Source: an uncultured Planctomycetales bacterium (GTDB lineage: Bacteria > Omnitrophota > Gorgyraeia > Zapsychrales > Fredricksoniimonadaceae). From it: DNA of 64,000 nucleotides. The DNA lies in NCBI GenBank assembly GCA_964572155.1, contig CAZNDZ010000001.1, positions 1,082,732-1,146,731 on the forward strand. The letters run 5' to 3'. A program made the position numbers and the translations under genes. Below are positions 57,265 through 64,000 of the stretch, in pieces. Numbering within the stretch: position 1 is the stretch's first letter; every line of letters starts with the position of its first letter. The notes below the pieces were generated by a model. It made no database searches. It was not told where the DNA came from and saw nothing but the letters and a program-made list of their open reading frames with translations.

Positions 57265-57552
57265 ATGAAATTTCGTGATACCAGAGAAGAAACTAAGAAA
57301 ACTATAGAAATTGTTTGTCTAATACTTTCACTAGGCTGTATTTTTCTTCAAATCTGGATTATGGCCACAACGTTAGAATCTTTTTTTCAAGGTAAAACGC
57401 ATCATTTACTGGCGTCTGTAATGCTAAGTATGATTGCTTTTGGTGTTTGTGCGTTAACTGCTTGGACAACGAGTATGAATCTTTTAAAAGGGTCTGAAGA
57501 AGGGCGAACACAAACGTATCATAAAGACACTCAATATAAGAAAATTCTATAG
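57265..57552 (+). CDS. Small two-TM membrane protein (95 aa), uncharacterised
   Basis: ORF with two hydrophobic helices. Sits between the Rieske gene and narK. Confidence 0.4.
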   Translation: MKFRDTREETKKTIEIVCLILSLGCIFLQIWIMATTLESFFQGKTHHLLASVMLSMIAFGVCALTAWTTSMNLLKGSEEGRTQTYHKDTQYKKIL

Positions 57553-59046
57553 GTGCTTATGCAAGATCAAGCAACATCTCAATCCCACAGAGTATTATTC
57601 TTAAATACACTAGCGTTTACGGTGTGTTTTGCTGCCTGGATGCTTAATGGTGTTCTAGTTACGTTCTTATCGAGCAATCAAATATTTAATTGGGGACCGG
57701 TTGAGATGGGTTGGCTTTTGGGTATTCCTGTTTTGACGGGCTCAATTTTTCGTTTGCCAGCTGGAATGCTCACAGATAAATTTGGAGGTAAACCTGTTTT
57801 TGGAACATTGCTTTTGTTGTGTGCAGTCCCAATGTATCTTTTGTCAACCGTCGATAGTTTTATAGGTTTTGCTTGGTGTAGTTTTGGTTTTGGATTAGTG
57901 GGCGTTGGTTTTTCGATTGGTATAGCTTTTTCATCCGTATGGTATCCGAAACAATTACAGGGCACTGCATTGGGAATTTTTGGAGCAGGCAATGCTGGTG
58001 CTGCGATAACGACACTATTAGCACCAAAGCTGCTTAATATTTTTACGCAGAATGGTGCCAATCTTGAAGGGTGGAGAATTCTACCTAAGTGTTATGCGGT
58101 AATGCTTTTTGTAACAGGAATTATTATCTTTGTTTTTTCGATTAACAAAAAGCCTGAATCACAATCAAAGACGTTTATTCAAATGCTTGAGCCACTTAAA
58201 AATATTCGTGTTTGGCGTTTTGGATTTTATTACTTTCTAGTATTTGGTTGTTTTGTTGGTTTTTCGCAATGGTTAGTGCCTTATTTTGTCAGTGCATATT
58301 ATATGCCTTTAGTGACTGCAGGTATTTTGGTTTCTTGTTTTAGTTTTCCTTCTGGGGTTATTCGTGCTGCTGGTGGATGGATTTCAGATCGATGGGGAGC
58401 GCGTAAGGTTATGTATTGGGTTTTAGGTTCATCAACTTTTATTAGCTTTATGCTGATTGTTCCTCAAATGGATATTTATTCTCCTGGAGAGGGTGTCATG
58501 GCTTTTCAGCCGGGTATTGTAACATCTGTCAGTGCGAAAGAAATTGTCGTTGGTGATAAAACGTATGCATTGGCAGAAAAAATTGAACATAAGAATAATT
58601 ATGAAAAAGATGTTTTGGTTCTTCCTACTAAGGAGATTTGGCAGGAACCTTTGGTTCTGGTTGGTCAGAAAGTTCAGAAAAAAGAGCTTTTGGCTAAGGG
58701 TGTTACGCGTATTTATTTTCAAGCAAATGTATGGGTGTTTACATTCTTGGTATTTATATTGGGTGTTATTTGGGGTATAGGAAAAGCAGCAGTTTATAAA
58801 CATATTCCAGACTATTTTCCTAACGAAGTTGGGGTTGTAGGTGGTATGGTGGGGGTATTAGGTGGTTTAGGTGGTTTTGTTTGTCCTATTATATTTGGTT
58901 ATTTACTGAAAGGGACAGGTTTATGGACGAGCTGTTGGATGCTGATGTTTGTCTTGTCCATTATATGTCTTTTGTGGATGCATGCTGTTATCAGTGCCAT
59001 GATGCAAGCTAAGCATCCTGAATCTAGAAAGTTAATCGAACATTAA
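57553..59046 (+). CDS. narK: MFS nitrate/nitrite transporter (NarK family) with a ~90-aa hydrophilic insertion between TM helices
   Basis: MFS topology. Gly-rich NarK-type motifs (GGKPVFG, GIFGAGNAG). Inserted segment PGEGVMAFQPG...RIYFQANV. Confidence 0.75.
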   Translation: MLMQDQATSQSHRVLFLNTLAFTVCFAAWMLNGVLVTFLSSNQIFNWGPVEMGWLLGIPVLTGSIFRLPAGMLTDKFGGKPVFGTLLLLCAVPMYLLSTVDSFIGFAWCSFGFGLVGVGFSIGIAFSSVWYPKQLQGTALGIFGAGNAGAAITTLLAPKLLNIFTQNGANLEGWRILPKCYAVMLFVTGIIIFVFSINKKPESQSKTFIQMLEPLKNIRVWRFGFYYFLVFGCFVGFSQWLVPYFVSAYYMPLVTAGILVSCFSFPSGVIRAAGGWISDRWGARKVMYWVLGSSTFISFMLIVPQMDIYSPGEGVMAFQPGIVTSVSAKEIVVGDKTYALAEKIEHKNNYEKDVLVLPTKEIWQEPLVLVGQKVQKKELLAKGVTRIYFQANVWVFTFLVFILGVIWGIGKAAVYKHIPDYFPNEVGVVGGMVGVLGGLGGFVCPIIFGYLLKGTGLWTSCWMLMFVLSIICLLWMHAVISAMMQAKHPESRKLIEH

Positions 59047-59047
59047 G

Positions 59048-60670
59048 GTGTCAGTGTTAAATGGAGAACAAGTTATGTTAAAAGTTAATATTGAGCATTG
59101 GAATGTCGAAGATGAAAAATTTTGGCAAGAAGAAGGGATGCCTGTTGCTTCACGAAATCTTTGGATATCCATACCAGCTTTGTTGCAGTCATTTTCTATT
59201 TGGATCATGTGGGGTATGATCATTGTTCAGATGAAGAAGTTAGGCTTTACGCTTGGCATGCCGCATCAGACGCCAGAAGATTTAAAAATTTTTAATGAGT
59301 TGTTGTGGACGTTACCAGCGATCGCTGGTCTTTCCGGAGCTACACTGAGAATACCAAATTCTTTTTTAATTGCGATTGGCGGGGGCAGAAATGTGGTTTT
59401 CTTGTCAACGATCTTTCTTTTGATTCCTTCTGTTTTGGCTGGCTTTGCGCTTCAAAATATTAATACATCTTATGCGGTTTTCGCGATCATTGCTGTATTG
59501 TCGGGTTTTGGTGGTGGAAATTTTGCGTCGTCGATGTCTAATATTTCATTCTTTTTTCCAAAGCGCATGCAAGGGACCGCGTTGGGTTTAAACGCTGGGC
59601 TTGGAAATCTGGGTGTTAGTGTCATGCAATTCTTGATTCCTATTGTCATCACGTCAGGTTTTTTCGGTGGCATAGGAGGATCAGGATTGCCTTTAACAGA
59701 AACGGATGGTAGTAAAGCCATAGGCACCTTAGTGTTCTTATCGAATGCTGGTTGGGTTTGGGTAGTATTTTTAAGTATTTCTGCCTGCGCGGCATTTTTT
59801 GGGATGAACAATTTAAAGGCAGCGACACCAACGCTTGGCAATACGATGCAGGAGTTTTTTAAGATAATTCTTTTGGTGAGTTTTGGTTTGTTGGCAGCTG
59901 GCATTGGTGCGTATCTCTTAACCGCTCTAAAAATTAATATGTGGATTGTTCTTCCCGCAACAATCATTTTAGCTCTTGTCCTGATGAGATTTCTTTCTCC
60001 AAAGGAGATTCAAGGAAGTTTGAATAAGCAGTTTTCGATTTTTGCTAATAAACATAATTGGATCATGACCATCCTTTATGTCATGACCTTTGGTTCTTTT
60101 ATTGGGTACTCAGCATCATTTCCTAAGTTGATCCAAGATGTTTTTGGGTATTTACCAGGGGGGGCTGTTAATCCAAACGCTCCAAATCCTATGGTTTGGG
60201 CATTCTTGGGTCCGTTGGTCGGAGCATTGATTCGGCCATTTGGGGGATGGTTAGGTGATAAGATTAATAGTGGATCGAAAGTGACCACATGGAGCACTGT
60301 CGTACAAGTATTTGCAGCCTTAGGTGTGGCCTATTACATCGTGCAAGCTAAAGCAGCTGCTTCTCCAGAAACGTATTGGTGGCCATTCTTTACATTATTT
60401 ATGGTTTTATTCGTAGCAACAGGTCTTGGCAATGGTTCAACATTTAGGAGTATTCCTTATATCTTTCCAAAAGAATTGGCTGGTCCTGTACTTGGATGGA
60501 CATCTGCTATAGCCGCGTATGGCGCTTTTATTATTCCAATTGTTTTCGGGCAGCAAATTAAAGCCGGCCATGCTGAGTACGCACTTTACGGGTTTACAAT
60601 TTATTACGTTATTTGTCTTTTTTTAAATTGGTATTACTATGACAGGAAGAATTCAGGAATTCAGTGTTAA
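59048..60670 (+). CDS. narK: MFS nitrate/nitrite transporter (NarK family), second paralogue (540 aa)
   Basis: NarK N-terminal signature (EDEKFWQEEGMPVASRNLWIS) and nitrate signature-like Gly motifs (GFGGGNFASSM). Confidence 0.8.
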   Translation: MSVLNGEQVMLKVNIEHWNVEDEKFWQEEGMPVASRNLWISIPALLQSFSIWIMWGMIIVQMKKLGFTLGMPHQTPEDLKIFNELLWTLPAIAGLSGATLRIPNSFLIAIGGGRNVVFLSTIFLLIPSVLAGFALQNINTSYAVFAIIAVLSGFGGGNFASSMSNISFFFPKRMQGTALGLNAGLGNLGVSVMQFLIPIVITSGFFGGIGGSGLPLTETDGSKAIGTLVFLSNAGWVWVVFLSISACAAFFGMNNLKAATPTLGNTMQEFFKIILLVSFGLLAAGIGAYLLTALKINMWIVLPATIILALVLMRFLSPKEIQGSLNKQFSIFANKHNWIMTILYVMTFGSFIGYSASFPKLIQDVFGYLPGGAVNPNAPNPMVWAFLGPLVGALIRPFGGWLGDKINSGSKVTTWSTVVQVFAALGVAYYIVQAKAAASPETYWWPFFTLFMVLFVATGLGNGSTFRSIPYIFPKELAGPVLGWTSAIAAYGAFIIPIVFGQQIKAGHAEYALYGFTIYYVICLFLNWYYYDRKNSGIQC

Positions 60671-60671
60671 C

Positions 60672-61136
60672 ATGATCGAAAATAGAAAATATTTCTTTGC
60701 CGTATTATCAATTTGTTTAGGTCTTTTGCTAGGGTTATCTGTGTATATATTCTTTTACGCAAAAGGTTATTCATATCTTGTTAACGATCCAAAGGCTTGC
60801 GCTAATTGTCATATTATGCAGGATTATTATGATTCTTGGGTTAGGTCAAGCCATCATAAGGCAGCGTCGTGCAATGATTGTCACGTTCCGCATCAGCCTG
60901 TCATGAAATATTTATCAAAAGCGAAGAATGGCTATAACCATTCAAGGGCTTTTACGATGCAAGATTTTAAAGAACCAATTCGAATTACAAAAACAAATCT
61001 GATTGATTTACAACATAATTGCATAGAGTGCCACGCAACGTTAACGAGTGAGATTACCGCGCATAAAGATGTTGAACAGGGACAGGCTAGGTGCACTTCG
61101 TGTCACCGCTCATCTGGCCACATGAGATTAGATTAA
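60672..61136 (+). CDS. nrfH: Tetraheme cytochrome c quinol dehydrogenase NrfH (NapC/NirT family)
   Basis: N-terminal TM helix plus four CxxCH motifs (CANCH, CNDCH, CIECH, CTSCH). The ATG at 60672 directly follows the narK stop. Confidence 0.85.
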   Translation: MIENRKYFFAVLSICLGLLLGLSVYIFFYAKGYSYLVNDPKACANCHIMQDYYDSWVRSSHHKAASCNDCHVPHQPVMKYLSKAKNGYNHSRAFTMQDFKEPIRITKTNLIDLQHNCIECHATLTSEITAHKDVEQGQARCTSCHRSSGHMRLD

Positions 61137-61152
61137 TATTTTGGAGGTTATT

Positions 61153-62547
61153 ATGAAGAAGACATTGCCATATGTAGGAATAATTTTTGTGACTGCAGTT
61201 TTGACAGGTTTATTGGTATCGTTTTTTATGAATATTAAAGAACGGAAAGATGAAACGAAAGTGCAGCATGTCAATGTGGTCCAATTAAATGAAGAAATTA
61301 CAGATCCTGCCGTATGGGGGCAAAATTATCCTAGAGAATATGACGGATATAAGAAAACAGCACTTAAAACACATACGCGCTATGGGGGCAGTGAAGGTAT
61401 TTCAAAATTAGATACAGATCCAAACTTAAAGACAATTTTTGCAGGGTATGCATTTAGCGTTGATTATAAAACTCGTCGTGGTCATTATTATTCTTTAATT
61501 GATCAGCAAGAAACAGAAAGGGTTAAGAAATTTAAACAAGTGGGTAATTGCATGCATTGTCATGCAGAGGGCTTAAAGGCAATTTATGAAAAAGTAGGCA
61601 ATGGGGATATGATGGCTGGTTTTGATAAGGTGGCAAGCATGCCGCTTCAGGAGGCTTGGAAGTTTGCAGAACATCCTGTGGCATGTGTTGATTGCCATGA
61701 TCCAAAGACAATGAATTTACGAGTTACACGTCCAGCGTTCTTAAAAGCAATTGAAAAACTAAAGGAAAAAGAAGGTATTCAAAAGTATAATCCAAATGAG
61801 GTAGCTACCCGTCAAGAAATGCGTACGTTCGTATGTGCTCAATGCCATGTGGAATACTATTGTGGGAGTAAGGAAAAAATATTTTACCCTTGGGATAATG
61901 GGTTAAAAGTTGAAGAGATTGAGGCATTTTATGATAAGTTTAAGTTTAAAGATGGTAAACGTTTCTTTGATTTTAAACATGAAATAACAGGTGCTGAAGT
62001 TATCAAAGCGCAGCATCCAGAATTTGAACTTTACAGTCAAGGGATTCATGCTAAGAGTGGTGTTGCATGTGCAGATTGTCACATGCCTTATGTAAGAGAA
62101 GGTGCAGTGAAGATCACAGATCATTATGTCCGTAGTCCTTTGCTCAATGTTGCAAAAGCATGTTTACAGTGTCATCACTTCACAGAAAAAGAAATGATTG
62201 ATCGTGTGGAAACAATACAAGATCGTACCTTTAAGCTACAAAATCGTGCAGAAGAAGCTGTGGTTGCCTTGATTAAAGCAGTGGCTGAATTAAAGAAAAA
62301 TGGCATGACAGACGAAGAGTTATTGCCTTTGCATGAATTGCAGCGAAAAGCACAATGGCGTGTAGATTTTATAAATGCTGAGAATTCTATGGGTTTTCAT
62401 GCTCCACAAGAGGCTGCGCGCATTCTAGCGGAATCAATTGATTATGCAAGGCAAGGTGAAGTTCAGGCTCAAGCTTTACTTTCAAAACATTCGACAAAAA
62501 CGGATTTAGTAAAAGAAACAACAGAGAAGAGGGAAGAAGCAAAATAA
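61153..62547 (+). CDS. nrfA: Pentaheme cytochrome c nitrite reductase NrfA (all five haem motifs CxxCH, no CxxCK)
   Basis: GGAGG RBS. CMHCH, CVDCH, CAQCH, CADCH, CLQCH, plus the RRGHYY region conserved in NrfA. Confidence 0.9.
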   Translation: MKKTLPYVGIIFVTAVLTGLLVSFFMNIKERKDETKVQHVNVVQLNEEITDPAVWGQNYPREYDGYKKTALKTHTRYGGSEGISKLDTDPNLKTIFAGYAFSVDYKTRRGHYYSLIDQQETERVKKFKQVGNCMHCHAEGLKAIYEKVGNGDMMAGFDKVASMPLQEAWKFAEHPVACVDCHDPKTMNLRVTRPAFLKAIEKLKEKEGIQKYNPNEVATRQEMRTFVCAQCHVEYYCGSKEKIFYPWDNGLKVEEIEAFYDKFKFKDGKRFFDFKHEITGAEVIKAQHPEFELYSQGIHAKSGVACADCHMPYVREGAVKITDHYVRSPLLNVAKACLQCHHFTEKEMIDRVETIQDRTFKLQNRAEEAVVALIKAVAELKKNGMTDEELLPLHELQRKAQWRVDFINAENSMGFHAPQEAARILAESIDYARQGEVQAQALLSKHSTKTDLVKETTEKREEAK

Positions 62548-62557
62548 TCGTGTGAAT

Positions 62558-62998
62558 ATGGCTGAAATTATCTCGATCAATATATCTTCCGGAGGTATTC
62601 CTAAATTAGCTTGCTCCAATATTCGTGTGGATATAGGTGGGTTAGAAGGGGACGGGCATAATCATGAAAAACATCGGACACCTCTGCAAGCGGTATGTTT
62701 ACAGGATGTTGAGAAATTAGAAGAACTTAACCGTGAGGGTTATGATCTTGGTTTTGGGGCAACTGGTGAGAACTTGACGGTGCGTGGTTTAAATGTCAAT
62801 GCACTACCGTTAGGAACAATATTACAATTTTCTAATGGGGTAGAATTAGAGCTCACTAAGGTCCGCAAACCTTGTTATGTATTGGATGCCATTGATCCAC
62901 GTCTTAAAGAAGACATTGCAGGGCGCTGTGGCATGTATGCTAAGGTTTTACGAACAGGCTCTTTTAGGCAAGGTGAAGTTATTCGGGTCAAAAATTAA
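62558..62998 (+). CDS. MOSC-domain protein (YiiM/YcbX-like)
   Basis: MOSC beta-barrel motifs (GLEGDGH, GENLTV, conserved Cys in VRKPCYVLD). Confidence 0.75.
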   Translation: MAEIISINISSGGIPKLACSNIRVDIGGLEGDGHNHEKHRTPLQAVCLQDVEKLEELNREGYDLGFGATGENLTVRGLNVNALPLGTILQFSNGVELELTKVRKPCYVLDAIDPRLKEDIAGRCGMYAKVLRTGSFRQGEVIRVKN

Positions 62999-64000
62999 AT
63001 GCAAAATATTTCAGATAAATATCCTGTTGTTTTCCAAACAGGGTTTCGTATTTTCTTTCTTGCTGCAGCAGTCTATACGGTTTTTTCAATGTTTTTCTGG
63101 TTTGTTTTTTATGTCGCTGGAGGTAATATTTTTGTGTCCATGCCTTTAACAGTGTGGCATGGTTATGAAATGATTTTTGGTTTTACGATGGCAGTTGTTG
63201 CAGGGTTCTTATTGACAGCGGTAACAAATTGGACAGGTTTGCCAACTGCAACTGGGGGTATGTTATCGATTTTATTTTTATTTTGGTTTATTGCGCGTGT
63301 TTTGGCATTTATGCCGACAAGCGTGCCGATATGGCCTAAGATCACGTGCGATCTAGTTTTTATGATCCTGTTGATTAGTATTATTTTAAGGCCCATCATC
63401 ATTGTTAAGCAATGGGGGCAATCTGCGGTTATATCAAAATTAATATTAGTCTTTTTATGTGGCGGGGTTTTATTTATATCGCTTCATTATGCCAATATAG
63501 ATGTAGAACACAAGGTTTTACGTTTTGCGATCTATATGATTATAAGTTTAATATTGACGATAGCTCGACGTGTAATGCCATTTTTTATTGAACGTGGGGT
63601 TGGTTATCCCGTTACATTACGCAATAGCAGGGTGCTTGATTTAACCAGCGTCGTTCTTTTGATAGGTTTTTCGATTGTGGATATATTCTTTTATCACCCT
63701 ATTCTTGTTGCCATATTAGCATCTTTATTATGTATTGTTCATGTCATCAGGCTTACGGGTTGGTACACGCATGGCATTTGGAGTAAACCGTTGTTGTGGA
63801 TTTTATATTTAGGGTATTTATTCATTATCTCGGGTTTTTTGCTGAAAGTTTTTGTTCTTTTTGGTCATCGATTTGATGATGCATCTTTACATGCTTTTAC
63901 AGCGGGTGGTATTGGATTATTCATCATTGGTATGATGTCTCGAGTTGCTTTGGGTCATACAGGTAGAAACATTGGGTCTCCACCACATCAATTGGTTTGG
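62999..64000 (+). CDS. nnrS: NnrS-family haem-copper membrane protein (NO-response), 3' end beyond window
   Basis: The frame is open from the ATG at 62999 to the window end (manually checked). NnrS motifs FRIFFL, WHGYEMIFGF, RVALGHTGR. Confidence 0.8.
   Translation, partial: MQNISDKYPVVFQTGFRIFFLAAAVYTVFSMFFWFVFYVAGGNIFVSMPLTVWHGYEMIFGFTMAVVAGFLLTAVTNWTGLPTATGGMLSILFLFWFIARVLAFMPTSVPIWPKITCDLVFMILLISIILRPIIIVKQWGQSAVISKLILVFLCGGVLFISLHYANIDVEHKVLRFAIYMIISLILTIARRVMPFFIERGVGYPVTLRNSRVLDLTSVVLLIGFSIVDIFFYHPILVAILASLLCIVHVIRLTGWYTHGIWSKPLLWILYLGYLFIISGFLLKVFVLFGHRFDDASLHAFTAGGIGLFIIGMMSRVALGHTGRNIGSPPHQLVW

Noticed and set aside
62877-63402. ORFs 62877-63149(+) and 63163-63402(-)
   Set aside because: They overlap the MOSC 3' end and the nnrS coding region. 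nnrS has diagnostic motifs and an uninterrupted frame to the window end.

Overview
This looks like a chromosomal segment of a low-GC (roughly 35-40% by eye) diderm bacterium; the taxon cannot be assigned from sequence alone. The left ~15.5 kb has the hallmarks of an integrated mobile or defence island. It holds a large serine recombinase running off the window start, an iteron-type origin ahead of a primase-helicase, an excisionase-family HTH gene, a complete Type I restriction-modification (RM) operon (hsdR-hsdM-hsdS), three uncharacterised genes and a RhuM-family gene. Positions 15.4-19.3 kb are a repeat-rich mosaic: two short repeat families, a grx/hxlR pair bracketed by ~42-bp direct repeats, hsp20, CBS, ybaK and a degraded hemolysin-III gene. 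The rest is core metabolism with unusual organisation. It carries an RRM protein plus beta-CASP RNase, a porin plus modABC, and a complex I locus split into nuoA-I (+ strand) and nuoJ-N (- strand), convergent around a cation/proton-antiporter-like gene. Further along are apbC, a GT9 heptosyltransferase, SUI1, pyk and nfu, then an Rrf2 regulator followed by sufBCDSU with moaA translationally coupled. The window ends with a nitrate-to-ammonium cluster. This comprises an NsrR-like regulator, a second porin, an atypical nitrate-reductase-like module (signal-less Nap/Nas-like Mo subunit, 4-cluster ferredoxin, Tat-Rieske, NarI-like cytochrome b, small TM protein), two narK genes, nrfHA with an all-CxxCH NrfA, a MOSC protein and a partial nnrS. 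No tRNA, rRNA or CRISPR array was found. The two best candidates for undescribed biology are the three-gene cassette between hsdS and rhuM (11.3-14.4 kb) and the Rieske-containing nitrate reductase module (52.8-57.6 kb).
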